64,000 nt of DNA, taken from positions 2,336,001 through 2,400,000 of the forward strand of contig OZ242029.1 of assembly GCA_965205015.1 (NCBI GenBank), in the 5' to 3' direction. The notes below the pieces were generated by a model. The model searched no databases and had not been told where the DNA came from. It worked only from the letters and a program-made list of their open reading frames with translations. The stretch comes from Candidatus Poribacteria bacterium. Its GTDB lineage: Bacteria; Poribacteria; WGA-4E; WGA-3G. Positions 10,399 through 20,306 of the stretch are shown here, piece by piece (positions within the stretch are counted from its first letter, which is position 1; every line of letters begins with the position of its first letter). The position numbers and the translations under genes were made by a program.

Positions 10399-13300
10399 TT
10401 ATGCGTTACTTGTACGAAGTCCTAACGAACAAACAATCTGCGGTTCTCGCGTTTGCCGCTCTTCCTCAATAATGCAAAGCCGATCCGTTTCCCATAAATC
10501 AATTACCAATTCTGCAAGAGCTTCGTTGGAAATACTGCTGCGGAGTTGACGGTTGAGAGTATCAGTTGCTGTCTGCCGCAGCGGATACCGGTAAATAGCT
10601 TCAATGACCTGTTTAAGTTGAGGCGTGTTAAGTAGCGTTCCTTCGACCTCTGAGGCGTAATCCTTCAGGCGTTCATAAGTGCGGAACCGTGCCCCTGATG
10701 GGCGTCCGAGTTGTCCGCCACTCGTCCGTTCTTCAGAGACAATCAACTTTGCGGCTTCTTCCACAAGGCGGTGATGTTCTTCGAGCGGTGAGAGTGCCTC
10801 AGTCTTCGGTTGGCACGCTGCAGCTTGGAGAATCGCAAACTGGGATTCGGTTACGCTTTGACCGTCTTGATCTATCCATGCCAGCGCGTCGTTTTCCTGT
10901 CCCGTTCGGATGTAGACCAGCGCGCCTTCGGGTTCGTTATCGGTTAGCGTATGCGGTTGGGTTGAATAGACGACAGAGGAGAGTGCAGGAACAATTTTTT
11001 CTAAATTCGGATCTTGCGTAATGGCGTTTTTCCAAATCTGGTAGGCATGAGAGGCGAGGTCAACATCGTTATCCCGTTCATCGTCAAGCAAGCCTGCCTC
11101 CTCATTATAGAGATTAACAATCGTCTGATTGCCTTCCTCACCGTCGTCTTCAAAAAAGGCTTCGTCCGTGCCGACAACCTCTGCGTTCTGGCGAAGGCGC
11201 GCACGGACGCGTCCGCGTAAGTTAATGATGCGCTCCACGCCTTCGGCGGGTAGGAACGAATAGCACAAAATGTCTTCTGACATCTGACCAATCCGGTCAA
11301 CCCGACCTGCACGCTGCACCAAGCGTATGATTGCCCATGGCAGATCGTAGTTGACAACAATTGAACAGTCCTGCAAATTTTGTCCCTCACTCAGGACATC
11401 TGTACTAATGAGCACCCGCAATTCGTCTGCCCGATTAATTCTATCCCGTTTATTGTTGCTGATAGGACTAAAGCGATGTGCTAAGGCGGTGGGATCTGCC
11501 GAATCGCCAGTCGCTGGAGCGATTTGTGTCATCCCGCGTTCTGAGAGGACATCTGTGAGATACTGCACTGTATCCGCGAATTGTGTGAAGACTAAGACCT
11601 TATCGTCCGGATGTGTCTGGATTAGCAGTTCTTGAAGGGCATTGAGTTTTGCGTCTTGTTCGGGGTTCCATGTGCCGTATTGCTGCAGGATCTCAGTGAG
11701 TGCGAGCGCGTCACCAGTAAGGTCTTTCCGTAGCACGGACAAAAAGAGATTTGGACGCAGCCACTTAAACCTGCTTTTATACTTTGTCCTGTAGAGTCGA
11801 TAGATAGCAGCGGCGCGTTGTTTGTAGCCGTCGTCCGTGTATTGCCGAGATTGTGAGTCGGTATTATCAATCTGTGTGTCATCTTCATCACCAGAAGCAT
11901 CTAAGATAACGGTGGCGTCCTCGGTATCTCTGTCTTCAAACCGAGAATCGAGCATCTCGGCGTTCTGGGATCCGATCGGCAGCGGTTCATCGTTTTCAAG
12001 GGCGTGAAGGAAGATATAATTCCGTAGGATATGCCGATCAACGGATTGAATGAACGCTTGTCCACTGCTTTCGAGTCGTTTGAAAAGATTCGTTCGGCAA
12101 AATCCCATCAATCGTTGTCCCCCACGGGAGAGGTCTTCTAACTGCTGCTGCTCTGTTTCCGTCGGTGGCTCCGATGGTGCGTCAACAATGTAGTTTGCAA
12201 GTCCATACCGAGCCAACTTGAGACTGCTAATCACGTTCACAACAGAAGCAGAGTATAGTTGTGCGTAGGTATCGTCTGGATTTTGATCGTCAATTTCAAA
12301 CTGTATTGTTTTTGGCACGCGCGTAGGAAAGTAGGATCGCGTGCCGTCAGGAAAGGAGAGGAATTTCCGCTGTGTCTCAGGATCCGTGTCGGCGTAATTT
12401 TCCGTGATGAAACTTCGCGTGCGACGCACAAGATACCGGCGCATCAACTCACGCCAGTCGTCAATATACTCACTGTGTTCAAACGCTGAAAGCGTCCGGA
12501 CTCCGCTTTGGTGTTTACGGATAAACTCGGTTTCACTGCCTAACTTCTTGATGTATTGCTCTGGTCGAATGCCGAGATCCTCGGTTTCATCAACAAAAAG
12601 GCGGAGTTGATTAGAGAGATCGAGATAGGTTTTGTTATAGGGGGTCGCGGAGAGGAGGATGACCTTGCTCTCGTTTTGTTGGATATAGTCCTGAATGGCG
12701 CGGTAACGTTTGCCTTCACGGTTTCTGAGATTATGGCTTTCATCAATCATGACGAGGCGATAGCGTCGGAGATCGGGCAATTCGTTAAGCACTCGGCTAA
12801 TTGAGAGCACCCTTCCCCGTAGGCGATATTCCTCTCGATAGTCTTCCCACATATTAACGAGATTCTTCGGACAGATAATCAGTGTTTCAAGGTCGTAATC
12901 GTCTTCCTGTATGCGCGCCAGTGCCGTCCCCATGAGCGTTTTGCCGAGTCCGACGACATCCCCTATGAGCACACCCCCGCGTCTGTTGAGATGATGCGCT
13001 GCGATTTTCACGGCAGCCGTTTGGAATTCAAAGAGTTTGTCCTCAAATTCGCGTGGAATCTGAAATTCAGTCAACCCAGCGCGTGCTTCCTGTGAGAGGT
13101 GATACGCCATTTTGATATAAATGTGATATGGGGGGATGCGTTCCTCACGCGCCCAACTCTGCTCGATAATTTCAATCAATTCCTTAGAAATGTCGATGCA
13201 CCATCTGTCATTCCACCGGTCTTCAAACCAATCCTCTAACTTATCACAAGAATCTGAGTCAACAACATCAATGTTGAGTTCTGCCTGATGTGACAGCCCA

Positions 13301-13797
13301 GAAAGCGTCAAATTGCTACTGCCGAGGTAACCCACAGTCGGCGCGACGAGGTCAGAACGATAGATTAAATAGAGTTTCGCATGGAGCGTATGTCGCAGAA
13401 AGAGTTTTACCTTTACTTTCTCGTCACGAAGTTGTTGTGCCAACTGACGCAATCCTATTTCATCCGCACGCGTCGGCACACCGACAGTCAGTTGTTCTCG
13501 AAATTCCTCTGCCAATCTCCGTTTCAAACGGAGTGCGGTTTGGTTGTCGATTCTGCCGTCCTGCTTCGCGAGTCTCTTGGCATGCCGGAGTTCTTCATTT
13601 GGCAAGCGTTGCATGCCGACAAGTAAGCGGCAGCATTCGTCTGCACCGCCATCCCAATTCTCAACGTAAGATGCGAGTCCTCTCCAGCCACGAAGATTGA
13701 AATAGCCGACACAAAAGTCGGCATGTGTAGCGGTTTCAAGTGTCTGTTGGAGTGCAGGAAGTAGCGGTTGGTCGATATTATCGAAGATACGGGGCAT
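10399..13797 (-). CDS. PLD (HKD-type) nuclease fused to SNF2-family helicase
   Basis: LHAKLY...GSSNLT (PLD); [32 protein letters not shown] and [11 protein letters not shown] (SF2/SNF2); 1132 aa. Confidence 0.9.
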   Translation of the reverse strand: MPRIFDNIDQPLLPALQQTLETATHADFCVGYFNLRGWRGLASYVENWDGGADECCRLLVGMQRLPNEELRHAKRLAKQDGRIDNQTALRLKRRLAEEFREQLTVGVPTRADEIGLRQLAQQLRDEKVKVKLFLRHTLHAKLYLIYRSDLVAPTVGYLGSSNLTLSGLSHQAELNIDVVDSDSCDKLEDWFEDRWNDRWCIDISKELIEIIEQSWAREERIPPYHIYIKMAYHLSQEARAGLTEFQIPREFEDKLFEFQTAAVKIAAHHLNRRGGVLIGDVVGLGKTLMGTALARIQEDDYDLETLIICPKNLVNMWEDYREEYRLRGRVLSISRVLNELPDLRRYRLVMIDESHNLRNREGKRYRAIQDYIQQNESKVILLSATPYNKTYLDLSNQLRLFVDETEDLGIRPEQYIKKLGSETEFIRKHQSGVRTLSAFEHSEYIDDWRELMRRYLVRRTRSFITENYADTDPETQRKFLSFPDGTRSYFPTRVPKTIQFEIDDQNPDDTYAQLYSASVVNVISSLKLARYGLANYIVDAPSEPPTETEQQQLEDLSRGGQRLMGFCRTNLFKRLESSGQAFIQSVDRHILRNYIFLHALENDEPLPIGSQNAEMLDSRFEDRDTEDATVILDASGDEDDTQIDNTDSQSRQYTDDGYKQRAAAIYRLYRTKYKSRFKWLRPNLFLSVLRKDLTGDALALTEILQQYGTWNPEQDAKLNALQELLIQTHPDDKVLVFTQFADTVQYLTDVLSERGMTQIAPATGDSADPTALAHRFSPISNNKRDRINRADELRVLISTDVLSEGQNLQDCSIVVNYDLPWAIIRLVQRAGRVDRIGQMSEDILCYSFLPAEGVERIINLRGRVRARLRQNAEVVGTDEAFFEDDGEEGNQTIVNLYNEEAGLLDDERDNDVDLASHAYQIWKNAITQDPNLEKIVPALSSVVYSTQPHTLTDNEPEGALVYIRTGQENDALAWIDQDGQSVTESQFAILQAAACQPKTEALSPLEEHHRLVEEAAKLIVSEERTSGGQLGRPSGARFRTYERLKDYASEVEGTLLNTPQLKQVIEAIYRYPLRQTATDTLNRQLRSSISNEALAELVIDLWETDRLCIIEEERQTREPQIVCSLGLRTSNA

Positions 13798-14478
13798 TTA
13801 GAATGATGTCTCCTCGTCGTCCTCGTCATCCATATCCATTCCGAGGTAAAGTCCCATGGGAGCGAGACCTGCTTTGACTTTTTGGAGTGATCCCATCCCG
13901 AAATGATTGATCTGTAGTAGTTCTGATTCCGTTTTTTCGACGAGTGCTCGTAAGGTATAGATGTTTTCCCTTTCGAGGCAATTGTGGGCTCGGGTCGGGA
14001 GTCTGAGTGCAGTGATAGAGAGAGTTAAGTAATCATCCCGCTCCTGTTCCGTCACATCAGCGATCTCCGGTTCCCTGTAGATGTTAGGGAACAGTGGGTC
14101 CCGTTCATCTTGGACATCGATAATATTTACCCAAGGTGAATCCAACTCCTGTTCTGCCTCAGTCATATCTGACAAGACATCGCTTTCTGGATGGAGCAAA
14201 ACTCTTTGGAGCAAAGGAGGGAGAGATTCCCAAATCCTCGCGTAATCCTCCGATTCTAATGCGGTTTCACGCCAATGGTCCAGAAAGGTCCGAAGCGTCT
14301 CGCTATCTTCCTTTCCCTCTGAAATCTGTGCTATCAATTCAAATAATCCCTCAAAAAACGGAACAAGTTCTTCGACCACTAACGAGCTGATCCAATTGAG
14401 GGGTTTTGAAATCTTAACAGATTTCACGAGCATTTCGTCTTCAATAAGGTATCCAACGACAAGTTTAGCCTTTTTCAT
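13798..14478 (-). CDS. Antitoxin-like domain fused to an RNA polymerase alpha-subunit C-terminal domain
   Basis: N-terminal ~115 aa align with 9902..10231. C-term LRLPTRAHNCLERENIYTLRALVEKTESELLQINHFGMGSLQKVKAGLAPMGLYLGM matches the RpoA CTD pattern. Its TAA abuts the helicase ATG. Confidence 0.85.
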   Translation of the reverse strand: MKKAKLVVGYLIEDEMLVKSVKISKPLNWISSLVVEELVPFFEGLFELIAQISEGKEDSETLRTFLDHWRETALESEDYARIWESLPPLLQRVLLHPESDVLSDMTEAEQELDSPWVNIIDVQDERDPLFPNIYREPEIADVTEQERDDYLTLSITALRLPTRAHNCLERENIYTLRALVEKTESELLQINHFGMGSLQKVKAGLAPMGLYLGMDMDDEDDEETSF

Positions 14479-14517
14479 TTGAAACCTCTGTGTAGCAAGA
14501 GTGTTAAATTTATGCCA

Positions 14518-14546
14518 ATTATACAGGACGTATTGATAGTGTTCAA
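14518..14546 (-). promoter_or_regulatory. sigma70 promoter for the alphaCTD-fusion/helicase operon
   Basis: TTGAAC-17 nt-TATAAT; the spacer shares ATCAATAC with the promoter at 10270-10298. Confidence 0.7.
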
Positions 14547-14763
14547 GGTTTTTCGGAGGTCGGAATTACAACTGAACAAATTTTGGAGATTTCGACAAGG
14601 TTTTTCAGAAGAATTGGTTTGACACAATTTTGACTTTCAATTAAACTATCTCCACAAATTGCAGTTCTTGCGTTCGATTTTTCATGGAAGCGGCGGATTT
14701 CGTGCCGTTCCCAAATTGTGCTCTTAAGGCACAATGTGTTTTTCCTTTACAGTGGAGGCTCTC

Positions 14764-15411
14764 ATGTCGAAAATTCTCGTGTTATCAGGTGAAAACCACG
14801 GTTTCAGTGCAAGTGCCAGCATCATTCACGACTTTCTCTCCGAAGATGCTAATATTTCAGCGACGCTAACTGACGATAAAGCGATTTTAGCATCCGAGGC
14901 GTTGAATACCTACGATGTGTGTGTCTTTGGCACCGGCTTCACACGTACAGAACGCCAAGAGGACGGCTCCGTCGCTCGTGTCTCTGATTTAGCATCCGCT
15001 GAAGAAGAAGGTTTGTTCCAATTTGTCAATAGCGGCAAAGGGTTGGTCGGCATTCACGGGACCGCGTGGTGGATCGGCGGTCAAGCAATGGATCTCATCG
15101 GTGGTGCTTCCAATTGGCATCCGCCCGGCTCGACCTTTACCGTCCATATTGAGGATAGTGAACATCCGACAACCCAAGGCGTTGAAGATTTTGATGTGGA
15201 GGATGAAATTTATATCTCCGCGCATGATCCCCATATTCACGTGCTGGCATCTGCTGAGTGGTTCGGCAAGTCACACCCGATGGCTTGGGTGAAACCTTAC
15301 GGTTCTGGACGCGTCTTTTATACCACGTTAGGACACGGACCCGGAACTTTCGAGCGTGCCGGAATGCAGAAATTCCTCACCCAAGGCGTGAAATGGGCAG
15401 CGGCATCGTAG
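14764..15411 (+). CDS. ThuA-like domain protein
   Basis: GKGLVGIH, HPP, DEIY and GRVFYTTLGH motifs. ATG 14764 after GGAGG. Confidence 0.85.
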   Translation: MSKILVLSGENHGFSASASIIHDFLSEDANISATLTDDKAILASEALNTYDVCVFGTGFTRTERQEDGSVARVSDLASAEEEGLFQFVNSGKGLVGIHGTAWWIGGQAMDLIGGASNWHPPGSTFTVHIEDSEHPTTQGVEDFDVEDEIYISAHDPHIHVLASAEWFGKSHPMAWVKPYGSGRVFYTTLGHGPGTFERAGMQKFLTQGVKWAAAS

Positions 15412-15505
15412 TTTTATGTGGCACGTTTTGAAAACCGATAGGCTACACCCAAAATTCTGTAAGGCGGGGCACCCATGCCTCGCCACTCCATTACCTTAAA
15501 GCTAA

Positions 15506-16588
15506 ATGCCCACACTAAAAATCGCAAACATAGAGACCGAGATCGTTCAGGTAAACCACCGCGGCAATTGGGTCTTCGTCAAAGTCCATGCCGACGACGG
15601 CACAATCGGTGTTGGTGAGGCGTCCCACGGTAGGGATGACGCAAGCATCCAACATATCATTAACAACACCCTCAAATCTGCGTTCATCGGTTGGGATCCG
15701 TTTCAACTGGAAGCATTTCGCCAGCGTTTCTATCACGACTCTGAAAGCCATACCTACCATACCGCTCTCAGTGGGATCGAGCAGGGGATGTGCGATCTGA
15801 TAGGGAAGGGGTTGGAGGTACCGAGTTATCAATTGTTAGGTGGCAAGTGCCGAGAGAAGATCCGTCTTTACGCCAATATCAACCGTGCGACACTCGATCG
15901 CAGCCCTGTCGGTTTCGCCACCAATGCGGAGCGCGCCGTCGCTGAGGGGTTTACTGCCATAAAATGTGCGCCCTTTGACGATGTTTCCGTCGCGAACCTT
16001 TCGCGCGGGACGCTGACTCCTGCTATCTGCGCCGGAATTGATCGCATTCGCACGATACGCGCCGCGATTGGAGACGATATCGATCTCATGGTGGATTGCC
16101 ATAGCCGTTTTAACCCGGGGATTCTTATCCAAGTCGCCAAGGAACTGGAGGATTTGCACCTTTTCTGGATTGAGGACGCCGTGTCGCTGGACAATCTCGA
16201 TGCCTTCGCCTATATGAGCCAATCCATCGGTATCCCGATTGCAACCGGCGAACGTTTACGAACCCTCACAGATTTTGATCGGTTGCTAACCGAGGCACAC
16301 GTCGATTATATTTTACCGGATGTCAAGCATGTTGGCGGAATTACGGGTTTGAAAAGAATTGCGACGCTTGCTGCTGCACGAAACGTCATGGTAACACCTC
16401 ACAATCCGAGCGGTCCCGTGGCAACTGCCGCGAGTGTGCAATGCATGGCGAGTGTCCCGAACTTCGCAATCCTTGAATACGCGTGGGGGGAAGTCGACTG
16501 GCGTGCTGCTCTCATTGATCCGCCAGAAGACATCGTTGATGGGTTTATTGAAGTGCCTTCCCGACCGGGATTAGGTATCACGTTCTAA
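15506..16588 (+). CDS. Mandelate racemase/enolase superfamily, galactonate dehydratase-like
   Basis: LLGGKCREKIRLYAN, GFTAIK, MVDCH, WIED, ATGER, PHNPSGP and PGLG motifs. Confidence 0.85.
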   Translation: MPTLKIANIETEIVQVNHRGNWVFVKVHADDGTIGVGEASHGRDDASIQHIINNTLKSAFIGWDPFQLEAFRQRFYHDSESHTYHTALSGIEQGMCDLIGKGLEVPSYQLLGGKCREKIRLYANINRATLDRSPVGFATNAERAVAEGFTAIKCAPFDDVSVANLSRGTLTPAICAGIDRIRTIRAAIGDDIDLMVDCHSRFNPGILIQVAKELEDLHLFWIEDAVSLDNLDAFAYMSQSIGIPIATGERLRTLTDFDRLLTEAHVDYILPDVKHVGGITGLKRIATLAAARNVMVTPHNPSGPVATAASVQCMASVPNFAILEYAWGEVDWRAALIDPPEDIVDGFIEVPSRPGLGITF

Positions 16589-16606
16589 AACATATCAGGA
16601 GTCTTA

Positions 16607-17383
16607 ATGATGCTGTGCAATGTTAATAGACAAGTTATCACAAAATGTACTTTCGTTTCTCTCTTTCTACTTGTCGTTGTTCTTGCTGGATGCCTCGGGA
16701 ATATACAGACGATGCAAACGGGAACCGAAGCGTCTACCCCTGCTACAGAGACGGAGGAAGCACCACCTCCGCTCGCGGAACTCCAACTTTCGACACCTAA
16801 AACAAATTACGCTGCACAGGAAGAGATTCCCCTTCAACTCAATATTCAGAACGGCAAATTTGACCTTCTTGTGCCTTCTTTTGGGGTCGCAACAAAGGGT
16901 GCCTTTACCCAGATAACAGTGAAGGACGCGAACGGACAGGTTGTCGAACCGAAGCGCCCGATTACGCAAGAGAACCCGCAGAAATATATAACGCACGACG
17001 GAAAATCCGTCCGATGTATTCACGGGTTTGATTTCAAAGCGGACATGAATCAGGAACTGAAATTCAAAGATATCCAACGATACTATCGGTTACAACCCGG
17101 TACTTACACGATAACACTCGCAATTGATCTGGAAGTTTACCGAGAATCTATCATTGAAGATCACCCCGAGATACTCGAATTAAAGCGCGATCTCACACGG
17201 CTTCAGACGGATCCGAATCTTCAAGCCGCCGCAAAGGCAGACGCTGTCAATTACTACCAAGAACAAATTAAACTGATTGAGGAAAGACACAAGGATGCAG
17301 TGAAGGACATTTACTTGCCTGTCAAATCTCGGCGTGGAAAGGCGTCGCTTGTATCTAACGAAATCACACTAACGATAGAGTAA
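16607..17383 (+). CDS. Putative lipoprotein, unknown function (paralog 1)
   Basis: Signal peptide with lipobox LAGC; beta-rich body with PGTYTITL and a coiled-coil insertion. Confidence 0.7.
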   Translation: MMLCNVNRQVITKCTFVSLFLLVVVLAGCLGNIQTMQTGTEASTPATETEEAPPPLAELQLSTPKTNYAAQEEIPLQLNIQNGKFDLLVPSFGVATKGAFTQITVKDANGQVVEPKRPITQENPQKYITHDGKSVRCIHGFDFKADMNQELKFKDIQRYYRLQPGTYTITLAIDLEVYRESIIEDHPEILELKRDLTRLQTDPNLQAAAKADAVNYYQEQIKLIEERHKDAVKDIYLPVKSRRGKASLVSNEITLTIE

Positions 17384-17391
17384 AATTTTCT

Positions 17392-18117
17392 ATGAAACCA
17401 TCTAATTGTCTTGCCCTTCTTTGTATAGTTCTGATTTTAAGCGTGATGGGGTGCATCACGAGTTTACAAACCCCATCTTCCCCAACCGATGTAGCGACTG
17501 CGGTTTCAGGTGTTACCCTCTCTCTTAAAACGTCCACATCGACTTATACCTCTAAGGCACCTATTCCTCTCGAACTCAGCATTCAGGGTGGGGAGTTTAA
17601 TCTGCTCGTTCCTTTTGTCAATGTCGCAACATCCGGTGCGTTTACCCAACTGAAAGTAACCGATCCCGAAGGCAACGTTGTTGAACCCAAACGTCCAGTT
17701 ACGCTTCCCAACACAGAAGAAATTTTTATCGAAAAAAAGGGTAAATCTGTTCAGTGCATCCGAGGCTTTGAATTGAAATCTGCCACAACACAGGTTGCCT
17801 CTCTCGCGGATTTGCGGAAATATTATAAGTTTCAGAAAGGTAACTACACAATCGCACTCACGATGGAACTACCGGTTTACCGAGATTTTCTGAAAAAGCG
17901 AAATCCAGAGATTATAGAATTAGAAGAAGAGATTAAAAGGATTAAAAAGGTTACAGATGCCCATGTCTCCGCTGCCGACAAACGTTCCGCAGTGAACGAT
18001 CTACAGCAACAGATTGAACGTCTTGAAAAGAGGTCCAAAGAGGTCTATCTGCCCGTCAAATCATTGCTCGGTAAGGCAACGCTCACGTCCAACACTGTTG
18101 TCTTGACGATAGAATAA
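17392..18117 (+). CDS. Putative lipoprotein, unknown function (paralog 2)
   Basis: Lipobox VMGC. Clear paralog of the upstream gene (GAFTQ, VVEPKRP, GKSV-CI-GF, YLPVKS). Confidence 0.7.
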   Translation: MKPSNCLALLCIVLILSVMGCITSLQTPSSPTDVATAVSGVTLSLKTSTSTYTSKAPIPLELSIQGGEFNLLVPFVNVATSGAFTQLKVTDPEGNVVEPKRPVTLPNTEEIFIEKKGKSVQCIRGFELKSATTQVASLADLRKYYKFQKGNYTIALTMELPVYRDFLKKRNPEIIELEEEIKRIKKVTDAHVSAADKRSAVNDLQQQIERLEKRSKEVYLPVKSLLGKATLTSNTVVLTIE

Positions 18118-18266
18118 CCCGAGTTTTGTAGCGTAAACTTTCAGCCGTGGTTGCTAACAACCCCATGGGGTGCAGTTAAAAGTCGGGACTGAATCTGGAC
18201 GCTGGAGAGGTGTTCTCGTGAAAATAGGTATGAACACCACGCGCCCGCGCCCGTTAAAAATTTTAC

Positions 18267-18295
18267 TTGCAAATTGGCGTAGAATGATATATAAT
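18267..18295 (+). promoter_or_regulatory. sigma70 promoter of the nuo operon
   Basis: TTGCAA-17 nt-TATAAT upstream of nuoA. Confidence 0.65.
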
Positions 18296-18363
18296 TTATT
18301 AAGTAACGAAACACATACACCCTAAAGTTTTCGCAATATCGCGGTTCTCAAGGATCATTCAGA

Positions 18364-18774
18364 ATGCTTTTTAACTTCGCAAATGTGCTAATCTTTTTGA
18401 TTGTTGGTTGTGTATTTGTCGTCCTAAACCTTACTATCTCTCGCCTCCTGCATACCAAACTGTTCTCAGGCGAAAAGTATATCCCCTATGAATGCGGTGA
18501 AGATCCGATCGGTGATACGCGGATTAAGTTTAACACCCGCTTTTACGTCATCGCGCTCATTTTCCTCATTTTCGACGTAGAAGTCGTATTCCTTTTCCCG
18601 TGGGCGGTTGTTTTCCGCGACTTCGGGCTCTTCGCGTTTTTGGAAATGCTTGTTTTCATCGCCATTCTGTTAGTCGGGCTTGCATACGTCTGGGCAAAAG
18701 GGGATCTGGAGTGGATCCGATCCACGCAGTTGGAAGTCCAATCCGTTCGGAGGGAAGAAAGTTATGATAATTGA
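18364..18774 (+). CDS. nuoA: NADH-quinone oxidoreductase subunit A
   Basis: [20 protein letters not shown] and KGDLEW motifs. Confidence 0.95.
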   Translation: MLFNFANVLIFLIVGCVFVVLNLTISRLLHTKLFSGEKYIPYECGEDPIGDTRIKFNTRFYVIALIFLIFDVEVVFLFPWAVVFRDFGLFAFLEMLVFIAILLVGLAYVWAKGDLEWIRSTQLEVQSVRREESYDN

Positions 18775-19345
18775 TGAGAAACTGGACAAAAATGTTATTG
18801 TCACCTCAGTTGATGCCGTCGCGAACTGGGCACGTTCGTCTGCACTCTGGCCGATGACGTTCGGACTCGCCTGTTGTGCCATTGAATTTATGGCGACTGC
18901 GGCTTCTAACTACGACCTCGACCGATTCGGGGCGGGTGTGCCGCGGGCGACACCCCGTCAATCTGATCTCATGGTCATCTCTGGCACGGTGACGCTCAAA
19001 ATGGCAACTCGGATCCGACGGCTTTATGAACAGATGCCGGAACCGAAATATGTTATTTCGATGGGCAGTTGCGCTACCAGTGGCGGCCCCTATTGGCAAC
19101 ACGGATACCACGTCCTCAAAGGCGTTGATCGGGTTATTCCTGTTGATGTTTATGTGCCTGGATGTCCACCGCGCCCAGAAGCACTTATTGAAGGGCTGCT
19201 CAAATTACAAGAGAAGATTAAAACCCAGACCGTCGCGAAACGCGATCACGTGCCGTTCCTGAAGAGACTCTTTACAAAAACAGAGTGGTACGAACTCGAA
19301 GGAACCGAAACTGCAGAAGGCGATACCCCTGAAACCAACGCCTAA
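18764..19345 (+). CDS. nuoB: NADH-quinone oxidoreductase subunit B
   Basis: [15 protein letters not shown] and [10 protein letters not shown] motifs. Start set at ATG 18764, overlapping nuoA. Confidence 0.95.
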   Translation: MIIDEKLDKNVIVTSVDAVANWARSSALWPMTFGLACCAIEFMATAASNYDLDRFGAGVPRATPRQSDLMVISGTVTLKMATRIRRLYEQMPEPKYVISMGSCATSGGPYWQHGYHVLKGVDRVIPVDVYVPGCPPRPEALIEGLLKLQEKIKTQTVAKRDHVPFLKRLFTKTEWYELEGTETAEGDTPETNA

Positions 19346-19443
19346 GATGCCAATGCGTTCAACAGCGGGAGTGATCTGTAATCGCGGCTTTTTCAACCAA
19401 CAGTAAGAGCGATTTGTAATCGCGATCATGGAGCAGGATATAC

Positions 19444-19929
19444 GTGAAACCGGAAGAAATCTATGAAGTCCTAACCAAACAGTTTGGTGAAGCCATTCTC
19501 GGTTTTGACACCGAACTCGCTGGTGATCCGAACATACGCATTGTTCCCTCAGCAATCGCCGATGTGTGCCAATATCTCGCCGAAACCGACACATTGGCAT
19601 TTGATTCCCTGATGTGCCTCAGTGGCGTTGATTTGAATGCCAGGGATGAAGAATTTGCGATTGTCTATCATCTCTATGCCATGCGGCACCGGCATAGCGT
19701 TGTTCTAAAAACGACAGTTCCGAAAACCGATCCACACCTCCCCAGCGTTTCGCATATATGGAAAACCGCAGATTGGCACGAACGCGAGGCGTACGACCTC
19801 TACGGAATCTTCTTTGAGGGACACAGTGACCTCCGCCGCATCCTGCTTCCCGATGACTGGGAAGGATATCCCTTACGCAAGGACTACCAGGAGCCTGAAT
19901 TCTATCGCGGTATGCGTGTGCCATATTAG
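19444..19929 (+). CDS. nuoC: NADH-quinone oxidoreductase subunit C
   Basis: WHEREAYDLYGIFFEGH..LRRILLP..WEGYPLRKD. Confidence 0.95.
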   Translation: MKPEEIYEVLTKQFGEAILGFDTELAGDPNIRIVPSAIADVCQYLAETDTLAFDSLMCLSGVDLNARDEEFAIVYHLYAMRHRHSVVLKTTVPKTDPHLPSVSHIWKTADWHEREAYDLYGIFFEGHSDLRRILLPDDWEGYPLRKDYQEPEFYRGMRVPY

Positions 19930-20060
19930 CTGTTGGTTGTCAGTTCTCAGTTAAGAAGTTTTCCTATAACAATTGACGCTCTATGGGCGGACTTCAAGAA
20001 AGAGAGAATTGCTATAAAATACCTCTTAACCAACAACCGATGACTGAAAACTGAAAACTA
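19927..20060. repeat. Inverted element with heptamer-repeat arms (TCAGTTN ... ACTGAAA)
   Basis: gttggttgtcagttctcagttaagaag...cctcttaaccaacaaccgatgactgaaaactgaaaact. A related copy lies at 24981-25075. Confidence 0.6.
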
Positions 20061-20069
20061 CTTTGAGAT

Positions 20070-20098
20070 TTGACATTAGACGGCAAAAATGGTATCAT
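20070..20098 (+). promoter_or_regulatory. Internal sigma70 promoter upstream of nuoD
   Basis: TTGACA-17 nt-TATCAT. Confidence 0.6.
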
Positions 20099-20195
20099 AT
20101 ATATTCAGAGAGTCCATGCGAAAGCGTGGCGTTCCCAGTCTGAAGAGATTGATGGTAAAACCCAAAGATGTGGAGACGAATCCGAAATCAAGCCT

Positions 20196-20306
20196 GTAGT
20201 CCGTAACGAAGTGGAGAACGGTTCTTGAGAAAGGCGCGTTGAACTTTTAGGGGAAACACCCAAGCAAAAACACCTATGCTGTTTAACGGCAAGGTAAAAT
20301 TAAAAA
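20196..20306 (+). repeat. ~100-bp dispersed repeat (GTAA-GNA-TGGA hairpin ... GCAAGGTAAAATTAAAAA), copy 1
   Basis: Related copies at 27438-27525, 54881-54969 and 57800-57885. Confidence 0.65.

Noticed and set aside
3558-13797. Calling the locus DISARM or BREX
   Set aside because: No DrmA/DrmB (DUF1998), and no PglZ, BrxC or BrxL, are visible.
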